A stretch of DNA of 64,000 nt, taken from assembly GCF_041886205.1 (NCBI RefSeq), contig NZ_CP169029.1; one strand, 5' to 3'. This DNA is from Escherichia coli. Its GTDB lineage: Bacteria > Pseudomonadota > Gammaproteobacteria > Enterobacterales > Enterobacteriaceae. A program made the position numbers and the translations under genes. Below the pieces are notes generated by a model. That model did no database searches, was not told the DNA's origin, and saw only the letters and a list, made by a program, of their open reading frames with translations. Positions 45,082 through 55,164 of the stretch are shown here, piece by piece. The number at the start of each line of letters is the position of its first letter. Within the stretch, counting starts at the first letter, position 1.

Positions 45082-45434
45082 TGGTAATCCCCTTCTTCAC
45101 CGTGGAACTCAAGATCAACCGTACCTTCTTCGGCATTATGGTTCGCTTCGCCGTGCAGCCAGGCTGACGACAATACATAGACCTGACCGTTCGCCAGCTC
45201 GGCAGTGATGGTCATCTCATCAGACGAGGTGATTTTGCTCACCGGAAAATTCTTCGGCACCTTGAAGGTCCCTTTGACATAAGGCGCACGGTGAGTTTCC
45301 TTGCGGTCCACTGAACCGTCCAGGCCGATGATGTCATCATTGACCGTCCTGTTCATGGGCACCTCAATGCCGCCGGTCAGCGATAGCTGCTGACCGTCAA
45401 TTTTGAAATAACAGGTTCCCCCGATACGGGCCAT
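45078..45434 (-). CDS. Tail tube protein (Mu gpM-like)
   Basis: 118 aa, immediately downstream of the sheath gene and start-stop coupled. Confidence 0.75.
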   Translation of the reverse strand: MARIGGTCYFKIDGQQLSLTGGIEVPMNRTVNDDIIGLDGSVDRKETHRAPYVKGTFKVPKNFPVSKITSSDEMTITAELANGQVYVLSSAWLHGEANHNAEEGTVDLEFHGEEGDYQ

Positions 45435-46930
45435 TATGCAGACTCCTCTGAATACTGAAGACGGAACTGGTTAACCACGGCAAAGACACGCAACTGGTTA
45501 ACATAGTCAGGCGGGAACAGCGTGTTCAGGCGGTTCGGATCGCTGGCATCACGCTCCACAACCAGGTACTGCTTAAACAGTTCGTAGTTTTCCACGATCC
45601 CCGCACGCTCAAGCTGACGGTAGGTTGCCAGCAGTTCCCCTTTGATTACCGCCGGAGTGACAATCGCCTGACCGGGACCAAAGCGGGTACCGTCGCTGGC
45701 AAGCTTGTGACGCCCGTACTTACTGGTAATGACGGATTTCAGTTTGCGCAGTACATACGCACTGGTATGCAGCGTCTCGCTGTCGAGGTAGCTGTTATCC
45801 GCAACCCCGTAAGCATTTTTCCTGTACGTGGTGACATCACGCTGAATGCGCAGCACCCCGCTTTCGACATACGCCGTTGCCACGCCATGAGACAGCAGGG
45901 TCTGTTGCTCGGTCATCGTGAACCGTTTCCCCTTCGGCGCAGGCAGCATCCCCACCAGCTCACCGGTCTGCGTGGGACGTGCCGGATCGTTGCGAATAAA
46001 CACAGCTGCGCGGGCGGTACGGCTTGCCGCCAGCTCGTCGGCTGGCGTCTGAGTGTCTTTTTCGTATCCCGCCAGGGTAATGTGCTGCTGGTTAAACTGG
46101 TCACCTGCGGTCACCAGTTCTGACAGCGTGCCGATCTTTGCCGTATACACATGACCATACAGCTGACGCGCATAGCTCCAGCGACCGCTGGTATCGTTCA
46201 TCTCGGTCACCAGCGTGTTAACGGAGGCCGTGTCGTTGAACGGCAGGCCGATATAATCAAACGGCTCATCCGCCATTGCAGCCACCGCGCCGGTGAGAAC
46301 AGGAGCGCCCGTTCCGGCGGTACCCGTCGCCACGGCAATCTGTACGCCCGCTGGCAGCACTTCGCCCCCACCAAAGCCGTAGTAATTGAGGCTGACAGGA
46401 ATTTCATTCCCGCAAAGCCCCTTATGACGCGCGGTCAGTGTGACCACGCCTGCCGAAGATGAGGCCGTAAACGGCAGGGCCGGAACGGCATTAATGGCAT
46501 CCTGGATACTGCTGGCAATCGTCGCGACGTTATCGCCGTTGGTCACCGGTGCCTGCACGCGGGTACGTCCCACATAAACATTCACCGTGCCAGTTTCGGT
46601 TGCCGCCCCGGTCACCGTCAGCGTAACCGTTGCCGCCGCGCCTGTGGCTTCCGGAACGGCAATCACATACAGCTCGCCAAACGGGTCGGTCTGGCGATAA
46701 GCCTCGACCATACGCGCCAGCTGACTTCCCGCACCACAAATCTGGCGTGCATAGTCTGCCGACGGCATCAGCACCAGACTGTTGGCAACAATCTCTGCAC
46801 CGTTATTGGCGTGACCAATCAGCAACGATGCCCCGCTGTCCTGTGCAGTATTCGCCGCCTGGTTATCCATTTCCGCATAAAACAGCGGAACCAGCGTATT
46901 CGACGGAATGGTGTTAAAGCTTATCGTCAT
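45434..46930 (-). CDS. Contractile tail sheath protein (Mu gpL-like)
   Basis: 498 aa. Its size and position upstream of tube, chaperone and tape measure fit the sheath. Confidence 0.8.
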   Translation of the reverse strand: MTISFNTIPSNTLVPLFYAEMDNQAANTAQDSGASLLIGHANNGAEIVANSLVLMPSADYARQICGAGSQLARMVEAYRQTDPFGELYVIAVPEATGAAATVTLTVTGAATETGTVNVYVGRTRVQAPVTNGDNVATIASSIQDAINAVPALPFTASSSAGVVTLTARHKGLCGNEIPVSLNYYGFGGGEVLPAGVQIAVATGTAGTGAPVLTGAVAAMADEPFDYIGLPFNDTASVNTLVTEMNDTSGRWSYARQLYGHVYTAKIGTLSELVTAGDQFNQQHITLAGYEKDTQTPADELAASRTARAAVFIRNDPARPTQTGELVGMLPAPKGKRFTMTEQQTLLSHGVATAYVESGVLRIQRDVTTYRKNAYGVADNSYLDSETLHTSAYVLRKLKSVITSKYGRHKLASDGTRFGPGQAIVTPAVIKGELLATYRQLERAGIVENYELFKQYLVVERDASDPNRLNTLFPPDYVNQLRVFAVVNQFRLQYSEESA

Positions 46931-47084
46931 CGGTGTTCACCTTTTTATTCACGCGCCGGATATCACCCGCTGCTTCACGGCGCAGCCAGTAGTTGTTCTC
47001 GTCAACATTTCGCCCTTCGGTGGGCAAAAGGTCACCGCGGGCAGGGTCAGGCACTGACCGCCCTTTAACAGGTTTCACAAACAT
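46914..47084 (-). CDS. Small protein missed by the 60-aa ORF cutoff (DUF2635/Mu gp38-like)
   Basis: 56 aa: MFVKPVKGRSVPDPARGDLLPTEGRNVDENNYWLRREAAGDIRRVNKKVNTDDDKL. It fills the gap between 47093 and the sheath gene and overlaps the sheath start by 17 nt. Confidence 0.55.
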   Translation of the reverse strand: MFVKPVKGRSVPDPARGDLLPTEGRNVDENNYWLRREAAGDIRRVNKKVNTDDDKL

Positions 47085-47092
47085 GAAGATTC

Positions 47093-47653
47093 TCAGGAAG
47101 GAAGGGTTATTTCGGTGTGATGTTCGATATCGCCGTCAGGCCCGTTACCGGGATCGAGATAATCAACATCAATCGCCAGCGTTCGCAGTTCATCCAGACT
47201 GTTCAGGTCATCCTGCTGGCGGGTATCGTCTTCGGTCAGCTCGCTGATGACCGAAAAATCGAACTGATAAATCAGCTCATGACGATTCAGATCCAGCAGC
47301 GTGCCGCCGTCATAGTTAATCGGGTTACCGCACGCTTCCGGGTTCCAGCCCAGCAGGGCCTTAAAGAGCATCTGCCGGACATCGTCCACCACATCATACG
47401 AGGCAAACTGACCGCGCTCATCACGCCCGTTACTCAGTATGACAACCACGGAGAAGCCCTCTTTCAGCTCCTGCCAGTAGTCGGTATGGCTTTTGTTTTC
47501 TCCCGGAGAATCATCCCCCGGTACCACATATGCCGCCGGGAGTTTCAGCTTTCCGACCTCCGGCAGATTTTTGAACTGGGCCGCGCCTGCCACCCGGTTT
47601 TCAAAATACGGGCAGCGGGCACGCAGCGCAGCAATAACAGGCGTCAGTTTCAT
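47093..47653 (-). CDS. Tail completion/terminator-type protein (Mu gp37-like)
   Basis: 186 aa. Position between the head-tail joining genes and the sheath. Confidence 0.55.
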   Translation of the reverse strand: MKLTPVIAALRARCPYFENRVAGAAQFKNLPEVGKLKLPAAYVVPGDDSPGENKSHTDYWQELKEGFSVVVILSNGRDERGQFASYDVVDDVRQMLFKALLGWNPEACGNPINYDGGTLLDLNRHELIYQFDFSVISELTEDDTRQQDDLNSLDELRTLAIDVDYLDPGNGPDGDIEHHTEITLPS

Positions 47654-48204
47654 GTTTTTTTCCTTCTTACAGGACGTAATGACCGCTGTAACTCACGGGA
47701 CAGTAACTTTTGTGTCCAGTAACGACGCTGGTCGATGACATCAGCCATAAAGTTATTACGTGGTGCCAGCCGCCAGCGGGATGAATGCTGCTTTTTCTGG
47801 CGCTTATCCTTTTTGCTCATCCCGTATGCGGCATGACGCACACCGTAATACAGAAACGCCGGATAATACGCAGAACCTTCAGGAAAACGCCGGTTACCCT
47901 GCCCGTTTTTCTGGTTAGGGGAAATCCTGACCATCAGGCCAGAACGACGGGAGCTTTTACGGGGGACGTAATAACCTATAGAACGCGCAAGTCGTCCGGT
48001 CTGATAGCCGGGGTTTTCACCTGGAGCAGACCGACCACGTCGCATCACCAGCCGCCGGGCATCACGCATATAGACACGCCCGATTTGAACAAATGCCCTT
48101 CGGAGCCTGGCACGATTAAACTCCATCTCCTCCGGTTGTTTGAAATCAACGTGTAAAAATGCTGTCTGCTCCACTGCGTCCTCCCATTTGTTCTTCGGCA
48201 CCAA
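47650..48204 (-). CDS. Head-tail joining protein (HK97 gp10-like)
   Basis: 184 aa. Position fits. The start is uncertain because it overlaps the upstream ORF by 59 nt. Confidence 0.55.
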   Translation of the reverse strand: MVPKNKWEDAVEQTAFLHVDFKQPEEMEFNRARLRRAFVQIGRVYMRDARRLVMRRGRSAPGENPGYQTGRLARSIGYYVPRKSSRRSGLMVRISPNQKNGQGNRRFPEGSAYYPAFLYYGVRHAAYGMSKKDKRQKKQHSSRWRLAPRNNFMADVIDQRRYWTQKLLSRELQRSLRPVRRKKT

Positions 48205-48556
48205 GTTCCGTACACTCCAGCAGCAGAAAGCGCCGCGCCCCGTTCAGATCACGCTGACGTTTCACCCGGTACACACTGTCATCACAGACCACCTCATAAT
48301 CAGCAGTGATCCCCCGGCGGTAGCGAATGGTGATGTAATGGGTGATGGCGTCTCCGATCTGCGCGGTTTCCTGCCAGGTGGTGGCACTGGTCTGGATAAC
48401 CTTCGCCCATGCCCGGAACGCAACCGGGTATTGAGGCTCCACGCCAAAGTTATCCGCGGGCATATCCACCCGCTGGCGGATCAGGACGCGTTTATTCAGC
48501 TCGCCTGGGTCAGGCAGAATGTAGGTTGCGCTGGTCTGCGCCTGACGAATTTTCAT
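48146..48556 (-). CDS. Head closure / head-tail adaptor protein
   Basis: 136 aa. Pattern ...RVLIRQRV......FRAWAKV......ITIRYRRGI...YRV is typical of SPP1 gp16/HK97 gp9-type adaptors. Confidence 0.6.
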   Translation of the reverse strand: MKIRQAQTSATYILPDPGELNKRVLIRQRVDMPADNFGVEPQYPVAFRAWAKVIQTSATTWQETAQIGDAITHYITIRYRRGITADYEVVCDDSVYRVKRQRDLNGARRFLLLECTELGAEEQMGGRSGADSIFTR

Positions 48557-48876
48557 AGTGGTATAAGGCGATAAGGAGCAACCAACCAGTTAAAGCTCAT
48601 TGGCAACTCCATTTTCTCAACGTCTGTAACCGTTGAGCGGTTTTCGTAGAAATGGCTGACAAGTAGCAGGAGCGCCAGCTTCACATCATCAGATATCACA
48701 AGCCCATCAGGATCATCCGCAGGCCTGTCATCTGCGGTTGCATACAACGTACGGTTAAGGAAGTTTTCCGTCCGACTCTGAGCGGCCTTCCCAAGTAGTT
48801 CAAGCAACTCATCTTCATCAGAGAAATCATCATCCAGACGAAGCTGAAGCTTAATCTCTTCCATTTTTAACAGCAT
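48553..48876 (-). CDS. Head-tail connector protein (gp6-like)
   Basis: Start placed at MLLKMEEIKLQLRLDDDFSDEDELL with AGGAGG 4 nt upstream. Acidic N-terminal helix family. Located downstream of the capsid gene. Confidence 0.65.
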   Translation of the reverse strand: MLLKMEEIKLQLRLDDDFSDEDELLELLGKAAQSRTENFLNRTLYATADDRPADDPDGLVISDDVKLALLLLVSHFYENRSTVTDVEKMELPMSFNWLVAPYRLIPL

Positions 48877-48954
48877 AAAACCTCCTGTGCCCGCCAGAAC
48901 GCGGGCACAAAAAAACCGCATTACGCGGCGTGCTGTATTACGTAAAAAGACTAA

Positions 48955-50184
48955 TCAACCACCAACGCTACCTTTCCCCACCAGCGCTTTAATGGCAGAG
49001 GTGTCTTCCAGGATACAGTCAAAACGATGGAAGGCCAGAAAACCGGTCTGATCATATTCCGCGTAACGCTCAACCAGACGTTTAAGAATCATGTATCGCA
49101 CACGACGGATAATGAAGCGATCAAAGTCACCACAGAACATGAATTTTTTACCCGCCCCGATATCATCAATTTCCTGATCAATGACATACGGTACATTCAA
49201 CACTGAAGCAGGGGCCACACCAACAATATCCGGCAACCATAAAGGGCGTCCCTGACCGTCTTCCATCTCACTGATCAGTTTCAGCGTATTATCGTTAAAC
49301 GCCAGGCGGAATTTCGGTCCGCGACGATATGCAGGATCAATGCTGTGTTTCAGAGCCAGAATTTCCTGCCACTTCACAGCATTTGCCGCGGCAGTCTGTG
49401 TTGTGCCGGTCACTGATGCTGCCAGCCCTTTGGGTTGTTTAGGCGTACCAGCACCCGTCCCCTGAATCAGATAACGGGCTTCACCACGACCAATACGTTC
49501 AGCAATGCGACGGGCAAGATAAGCTTCCATATCGATCGCGCTGTCCTGCAGCAACTCATTAGACACACGAATTATTTTCGATGTCATTTTGAGCGCCCCA
49601 AGGCTTCCCATACCGAAATCGGTGTCTTCTTCACCGGCTTCTTCATTTTCGCCCAGCAGAACACCAACTTCGGAAGTACCATCAGCTGTTGCCCACTCCA
49701 TAGTGCGACCGTCAGAAGTGGTAAGAATCTGCGCCACACTGGCGATGCCACCGTAGGATTTCATCTTCTCAACAACTTTCGCCAGGAATGTTTCTGGTAC
49801 GGTATATCCACCCTTTTCATCCTGAGCTACGCCCTGGGCACGAAGTTCACGCAACGCCTTTCGTTCTTCTGATGTCAGCTCACTGGCACCGTGACGCATC
49901 CACTTATCAAAAACCTGAGCTCGTTTCTCATCCTGTTGTGGATTGTTTTCCGGATCAAGATTCTGACGCTGCTCTTCCTCATTGCTTTCAATGTACGCCT
50001 GATCCTGACGACGTAGTTCTTCTTCGCGAGCAATTCGTTCATCAAGCGCTTCCAGTTCGGATTTTGCTTTGTTCCACTCAGTGCGCTGCTCTTCCGTCCA
50101 TGCGTTATCACCAATTTTTTCATTCAGGGCGCGCATGTCAGTTGCGATAGTATTACGTTTCTGTTTCAGTTCATGCAGTTTCAT
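48955..50184 (-). CDS. Major capsid protein, HK97 family
   Basis: 409 aa. Coiled-coil delta domain (MKLHELKQKRNTIATDMRALNEK...), then the HK97-fold body. Preceded by protease and portal. Confidence 0.88.
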   Translation of the reverse strand: MKLHELKQKRNTIATDMRALNEKIGDNAWTEEQRTEWNKAKSELEALDERIAREEELRRQDQAYIESNEEEQRQNLDPENNPQQDEKRAQVFDKWMRHGASELTSEERKALRELRAQGVAQDEKGGYTVPETFLAKVVEKMKSYGGIASVAQILTTSDGRTMEWATADGTSEVGVLLGENEEAGEEDTDFGMGSLGALKMTSKIIRVSNELLQDSAIDMEAYLARRIAERIGRGEARYLIQGTGAGTPKQPKGLAASVTGTTQTAAANAVKWQEILALKHSIDPAYRRGPKFRLAFNDNTLKLISEMEDGQGRPLWLPDIVGVAPASVLNVPYVIDQEIDDIGAGKKFMFCGDFDRFIIRRVRYMILKRLVERYAEYDQTGFLAFHRFDCILEDTSAIKALVGKGSVGG

Positions 50185-50194
50185 GATGTTTCCT

Positions 50195-50812
50195 TTACGC
50201 GTTAAGAAGGGTCAGGACGCGTTCACGCGCCATACGTTGATTAATGGCTTTCTGTAGCGCGCCGCTGTTGCGCGCCTCCTGCCATGCTTTCATGGAGCGA
50301 ACAGCCGAGTCAGCCTCCTGATAGGCAGGATATGTCACAGGACTGACATCCAGCAGACGGGAAAAGCGGGTTATCTCGCGAATAACAACCCCGTCCTCAT
50401 CCTGATACCACTCCTCGCCGTCACGGGCGACACGGAAAGCAAAAGATGACTGGTTAATATCTCCACGTTGCATCGGGGCCAGCACCAGATCACGAATGGT
50501 CTGTGTCTCCGGAGCCTGGATGTCATAGCGCAATCCGCGCTCATCAACTGAAAGATTCAGCGTGCCTGCTGCACTACGCCCAAGAATAAAATTAGGATCG
50601 TGGTTAAACAGTGCGCGTACATCATCACCAAGCACATCGTCAAAAGCGCCGGGCCGGATGATTTCGCGGAATGAACCGAATATCAGCTCAGAACGACAGT
50701 CAAACACCGATCCATAACCGATAATGTGCGCCGGGTTATCGTCATGCCGCTCAGCACGCACCTCACCGCTGTAACAACGGATTTCACGGTCATTCATTGG
50801 TTTTTCCCTCAT
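50195..50812 (-). CDS. Prohead maturation protease, HK97 family (S78)
   Basis: 205 aa. ...HIIGYGSVFDCRSELIFGSFREIIRPGAFDDVL... Located between the portal and capsid genes. Confidence 0.85.
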   Translation of the reverse strand: MREKPMNDREIRCYSGEVRAERHDDNPAHIIGYGSVFDCRSELIFGSFREIIRPGAFDDVLGDDVRALFNHDPNFILGRSAAGTLNLSVDERGLRYDIQAPETQTIRDLVLAPMQRGDINQSSFAFRVARDGEEWYQDEDGVVIREITRFSRLLDVSPVTYPAYQEADSAVRSMKAWQEARNSGALQKAINQRMARERVLTLLNA

Positions 50813-52016
50813 CGTTTTTTGGGGGCTTAAAATCTCCTGCCGGGTTAGCAGCGTTCACGCTTACCAGCATCTCATCCAGCCCTTCAACCGGATTCATATC
50901 CTCGAATGCGCGGGCCTCATTACGGCTCATCCATCCATCGGTAATAGCGAAGTGATAGAATTGCGCGCGCTCCTGCGGAGTTCCGCGTAAAAGCCCCGTC
51001 AGATTGAACCTGACGTAATACCCGGCGGCTAACTCAGCGCGGGTAAACAAGCGACGGTTAAGCTCCTGCTCCCAGTTCGTCACCCACGGCATCATCGTGT
51101 AGCGGACAAACTGAATCGCCTGCGCAGAAATATTGGAGAAGGTGGCTTTTTCGAGGTCATTAATCATGTGCGCAGGAATATTGAAAATACCGGCAATCAT
51201 TGAACGGTTCAGTTTCATCATGTCAATGATCTGAGCGTCAACTGGCGACACAGTCAGTGCCTTGTAATCCAGATCGGCTGGCAGCAGCATGGTTTTGTTT
51301 TCCTGGCGGCGTAACGCCTGCGATGCCTTCTGCCACTGATCTTTAAGCCAGCCCCAGCTTTCCTTATTGAGTCCGCTTTTAACGGATACTATCCCCGCCG
51401 GACGGGCATTACCGCTGAAGAAGCTTTCTGTGTACTTCTGACCGCTCATCCCCATGCCTATTGTTTCGGCATGTTGCATAATCGGACTCAGCCCCATCTT
51501 CTGATTATTACCCAGCGCACGGATGTGGATCATATCGTCCGGACTGATCGCAAACGCCCCATATTCGTTGTACAAACCGTAGGTATATCGGCCACCAGTA
51601 TTCATCAGCGTCGTTTCCCACGGCATACAGCAATCCAGGGATATGACTTCACCGCGACGATTACGTTTCACCCAGGTATACCCATTCCCCCAGCCAAGGA
51701 TGTGACGTTGCTTCAGTTCGCGCCATTTGTAGCTGGTTTGCCAGGTATTGGGCTCATCATGAACCAGATAAAACGCCGGATGATCGCGTGCGGGTTCAAC
51801 CTTCCCCTTGTGCCTGCGCATAACATGCAACGGCATCTGGGCAAGGCTGGAAGACAGGACATAGATACAGGAATACACCGCAGCCAGTTTCATCGCAGTC
51901 TCAGGACTGACATAAACGTCTGCCCGGAACAGCCCATCAGTATCAACGGCATCACCGGTTATCGGGGTGGAAGGATTCTCCAGTGATTTACTTCTGAACA
52001 GAGCATCAAGCAGCAC
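50790..52016 (-). CDS. Portal protein, HK97 family
   Basis: ...SPETAMKLAAVYSCIYVLSSSLAQMPLHV... portal motif. Start placed at the GTG (V)[10 protein letters not shown] that overlaps the stop of the upstream small ORF; the longer ORF-track start is probably spurious. Confidence 0.85.
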   Translation of the reverse strand: MLLDALFRSKSLENPSTPITGDAVDTDGLFRADVYVSPETAMKLAAVYSCIYVLSSSLAQMPLHVMRRHKGKVEPARDHPAFYLVHDEPNTWQTSYKWRELKQRHILGWGNGYTWVKRNRRGEVISLDCCMPWETTLMNTGGRYTYGLYNEYGAFAISPDDMIHIRALGNNQKMGLSPIMQHAETIGMGMSGQKYTESFFSGNARPAGIVSVKSGLNKESWGWLKDQWQKASQALRRQENKTMLLPADLDYKALTVSPVDAQIIDMMKLNRSMIAGIFNIPAHMINDLEKATFSNISAQAIQFVRYTMMPWVTNWEQELNRRLFTRAELAAGYYVRFNLTGLLRGTPQERAQFYHFAITDGWMSRNEARAFEDMNPVEGLDEMLVSVNAANPAGDFKPPKNDEGKTNE

Positions 52017-52167
52017 GCGTCCCCCTTCTGGCCATAGCCAGTGCGCCCACCAGCAGTAAAGCACCGGACAAAATCAGAGCCGGAGCCATACCAAACTGCA
52101 GGTAAACCCCGCACGTAAGCAGGCCAAAACCAGCCAGCCCGATAACATCAGCAATTAGTGATTTCAT
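52006..52167 (-). CDS. 53-aa two-helix membrane protein between terminase and portal (below ORF-track cutoff)
   Basis: [53 protein letters not shown]. Its ATG overlaps the terminase TGA (ATGA), and its stop overlaps the portal GTG. Confidence 0.5.
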   Translation of the reverse strand: MKSLIADVIGLAGFGLLTCGVYLQFGMAPALILSGALLLVGALAMARRGTRAA

Positions 52168-53897
52168 AGAATTAAGAGATCATCGTCCGGATCAAGAGAT
52201 GAGAGGAAATCGTCAGGTTCTTTGAGCATTGCCCGACCGATCGTCATAATCAGTGCAACCGCACCATCGATTTTGTTTTCCGCCTGCTCCTTGACGGGCT
52301 TCACTAAATCATCGTTACCTGGCATGTTTTTGCCGACCACATTACCGATACACCAGGTCATGATGGGATTGCCGTCATGATGAAAGCGTCCCGATTCAAT
52401 CGCTGCTTCCAGCTCTTTCATCGGATCGGACATATTGGCGAAGTTCTGGACGATAGTGACGGGATTCAGATCTTCATCAGCAAGGTCATGTGACAGCCCG
52501 GTCGCCCCGAAGGGGTCGATGGGTGACTCACTGACCGGGCTGATTTTGTTCGCCGCTTTGGCCTCCTCGAGGATGTAGCGATAATCCACCTCTGCACCAT
52601 CGGTAACGGTCAGGACGCCCATTTCCACCCATTTCTGAAAGCGTTCGGCTGTCCGTCTATCTTCATTTTTCTCGACGCTGTACACCGTGTCATACGGTAC
52701 CCAGAAGCGCGGGGCCACACTGTAGTAATGCGTTTTACCGTCAATCTCGCGGGTATAAAGTCGCGCCATGCTGTTCATATCCAGCTTACGCGCCAGGTCA
52801 AAGGCCAGAATGCACGGCTGCCCCTCGAACTGCTCAAGGGTCAGTGATTTATCCTCGCAGCTCTGCCAGCTCACCAGGTTGAAATACGCCGAACGCGCCG
52901 ACACCCAGATATTGAGGTGTTTTGTTTTAAAGACGTTTGCCAGACGGGCGTTATTTTTCGCACGCTGCTGCTGACTTAACAAAAATTCGCGATAAACCGA
53001 CACGCCAATATTTGGATTGGCTTTTTCCAGCACCTGCGGGTCGGTCCAGTCGTCACCTTCATCAACGGTATAGATGATCCCGAACAGTTCATCGTTAGGC
53101 ACCGAGCCGTTGAGCATCTCGATGACTTCCCGCCGCTTGTCGTAGCACGGCCCCTCAATGTTGTACCCGGCGGTGGTGATGGCCCACATCAGTGGCTGAC
53201 GTCGCGCCCCCATCCCTGTAAGCATTGTGGTATAAAGCGCATCGGTGGCGTGCTCGTGATATTCATCAACCACGGCACAGTGGGGTGATGAACCATCACC
53301 GGGATTGCCGATCAGCGGTTCAAACCGCGCGCCATCCTCCGGACGGTTCATGTTTGAGGCGTTAACCTCAATCCCGAACGCTTCCGTCAGCATGGGTGTG
53401 CGTTTACACATCAGTCGCGCCGGGCGAAAGACTTCCCACGCCTGTTTCTCTGTCGTGGCACCGGAATACACTTCCGCGCCAAACTCGTTATCACAGGCAA
53501 AACAATACAGGGCAACACCGGCAGAGATTGCTGATTTGCCGTTCTTACGGGGGATTTCGGTGTACACCTCCCGGAAGCGGCGCAACCGGGTGCCTTTATT
53601 GACCCAGCCAAACGCACAGCAGATCACAAATAGCTGCCACGGCTCCAGCGTGATGGGCATCCGTTTGAATGCCCACTCCCCCTTGGTGTGCGGCAACAGC
53701 TGAATAAATTTCGCAGCCCGTTCAGCCAGGTCCTTATCGAAGCGGTAACGAAACGACTTACTTTTTTCCGCCATCAGGTCATCAAGATGGCGCTGGCAGG
53801 CCTGAATCACAAACTGGCAGGCAACAATCTTTCCGCGCACGACATCCCGGGCATACTGATTGGCAGCATTTACGTTGGGGTAAGATTTCCGGCTCAT
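52164..53897 (-). CDS. Terminase large subunit
   Basis: 577 aa. Its size, its position downstream of a small terminase subunit and HNH gene, and an ATPase region (...[13 protein letters not shown]...) all fit. Confidence 0.88.
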   Translation of the reverse strand: MSRKSYPNVNAANQYARDVVRGKIVACQFVIQACQRHLDDLMAEKSKSFRYRFDKDLAERAAKFIQLLPHTKGEWAFKRMPITLEPWQLFVICCAFGWVNKGTRLRRFREVYTEIPRKNGKSAISAGVALYCFACDNEFGAEVYSGATTEKQAWEVFRPARLMCKRTPMLTEAFGIEVNASNMNRPEDGARFEPLIGNPGDGSSPHCAVVDEYHEHATDALYTTMLTGMGARRQPLMWAITTAGYNIEGPCYDKRREVIEMLNGSVPNDELFGIIYTVDEGDDWTDPQVLEKANPNIGVSVYREFLLSQQQRAKNNARLANVFKTKHLNIWVSARSAYFNLVSWQSCEDKSLTLEQFEGQPCILAFDLARKLDMNSMARLYTREIDGKTHYYSVAPRFWVPYDTVYSVEKNEDRRTAERFQKWVEMGVLTVTDGAEVDYRYILEEAKAANKISPVSESPIDPFGATGLSHDLADEDLNPVTIVQNFANMSDPMKELEAAIESGRFHHDGNPIMTWCIGNVVGKNMPGNDDLVKPVKEQAENKIDGAVALIMTIGRAMLKEPDDFLSSLDPDDDLLIL

Positions 53898-54388
53898 GAC
53901 TCGATGATTTTCAGAAACGGGTTAGTGGCTTTCTTCTGCCCCGCCAGGCCAATCAGACGCTGGCGGCTGCTGGGGTCGAGTCCGAGCATTGCCCCCGTGC
54001 TGCTCATCTCGGACTCCTGTTCTTTCTTGGCGGTCAGCTCCGGGTTTTTGACCCTGCCGCCCATTGCACCGGTAATGGTGTTGCCCTGGCTGGCAATATT
54101 TTTCACGGCACGTCGCCAGAACTCATAGGCCACGCACCACCGCTCAAGCACCGCGAGGTCAGTCACGCACAGCAGGCCCTGACCGCAGAGTTCTTTGGTT
54201 GTCAGTTGCCACATGATCGTGGCGAGAGGGAGATCTTCTTCAGCGAACCATTCCGGTGGCTCAACACCTTTGATGGGCGTAAAAACAGGTTCATCTTTAT
54301 TCAGGGCTCGCTTGCCGGGGTTTCCGGCCAGCGCCTTGCGCGCCGTTGGCTTGGGGCGACGCCCGGAACGCCCCGCCGTTCCAGCCAT
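53894..54388 (-). CDS. Terminase small subunit (P27 family)
   Basis: [34 protein letters not shown] is the typical P27-family N-terminus. AGGAG lies 8 nt upstream of this ATG. Confidence 0.8.
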   Translation of the reverse strand: MAGTAGRSGRRPKPTARKALAGNPGKRALNKDEPVFTPIKGVEPPEWFAEEDLPLATIMWQLTTKELCGQGLLCVTDLAVLERWCVAYEFWRRAVKNIASQGNTITGAMGGRVKNPELTAKKEQESEMSSTGAMLGLDPSSRQRLIGLAGQKKATNPFLKIIES

Positions 54389-54514
54389 ATGCGGCACTCC
54401 TGGTTAAATTTCATTTTTCGCGGGTATAAAAAAACGATGGGGCGGGCAGTCCGGAAGACGTCAGGTCACAGGGATTTGACCCGCCCCTCCCTCACAGACA
54501 GTTGAGAATTATTA

Positions 54515-54865
54515 TCACTTTAACCGTTCACGGGCCGTCTTCGCCTTATGGCAGGGCCAGCACAGACTCTGCAGATTACTGTCGGCATCAGTGCCGCCAT
54601 GCGCTTTAGGGATGATGTGGTCAACGGTTTTCGCCTCGCGCACCACACCAGCACGCAAACACAACTGACACAGGCCTTTGTCACGCTTCAGTACTCGCAC
54701 CCGGATACCGTCCCACTTCGAACCATAACCACGCTGATGGCGGGACTGGCCCGACTTGTATTGCTTCCAGCCCTCGCTTTTGTGGCTTTCGCAGTAGCCT
54801 GACGGGTCAGTCGTGGTATTGCGGCAGCCGCGAACACGGCAGGCTTTTGGGATTCGAGGAGGCAT
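54515..54865 (-). CDS. HNH endonuclease (packaging-associated)
   Basis: 116 aa. CQLC...VDHIIPKAHGGTDADSNLQSLCWPCHKAKT HNH motif. Immediately upstream of the terminase genes. Confidence 0.88.
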   Translation of the reverse strand: MPPRIPKACRVRGCRNTTTDPSGYCESHKSEGWKQYKSGQSRHQRGYGSKWDGIRVRVLKRDKGLCQLCLRAGVVREAKTVDHIIPKAHGGTDADSNLQSLCWPCHKAKTARERLK

Positions 54866-54891
54866 AAATATATTCCTGTTCTTTGTCCAGA

Positions 54892-55164
54892 CTATTTGCC
54901 TGCTGCCAGCAAAGCGTTACGGCGCATCTCGATACTTCGAATTCCCGCTTTGTCAATATTGCATTGTCCCAACGCTGACAACAGACTCACATTCAACTCC
55001 AGACTGGCACCATACGTCAGCGGATTGGGTATAAACGGTACAGGAGTATCAGAAGTCAGGCTGGCTGGCAGTGGTGCCACCGGAACGCTCACGTAAACCG
55101 TTCGCGAATTTCCGCAACCGGTCAGCAGCGGCAGCAGGCACAGGACGTGAAGCACAATCATCAT
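54892..55164 (-). CDS. o-spanin (Rz1-like outer-membrane lipoprotein), overlapping the i-spanin gene
   Basis: From MMIVLHVLCLLPLLTGC (lipobox LLTGC). Overlaps the 3' part of the i-spanin gene in another frame. Confidence 0.75.
   Translation of the reverse strand: MMIVLHVLCLLPLLTGCGNSRTVYVSVPVAPLPASLTSDTPVPFIPNPLTYGASLELNVSLLSALGQCNIDKAGIRSIEMRRNALLAAGK

Noticed and set aside
48146-48204. 59-nt overlap between the head-closure ORF and the next head-tail joining ORF, as a possible recoding site.
   Set aside because: No slippery heptamer is visible. It is more simply explained by an internal start for the downstream gene (for example the Met at MEFNRARL or a non-ATG codon).
48881-48915. GC hairpin GTGCCCGC/GCGGGCAC between the capsid and connector genes, as a possible terminator.
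   Set aside because: On the coding (minus) strand the T-run precedes rather than follows the hairpin, and the RBS of the next gene follows directly. It is probably an mRNA-stability or attenuating stem, not a classical terminator.
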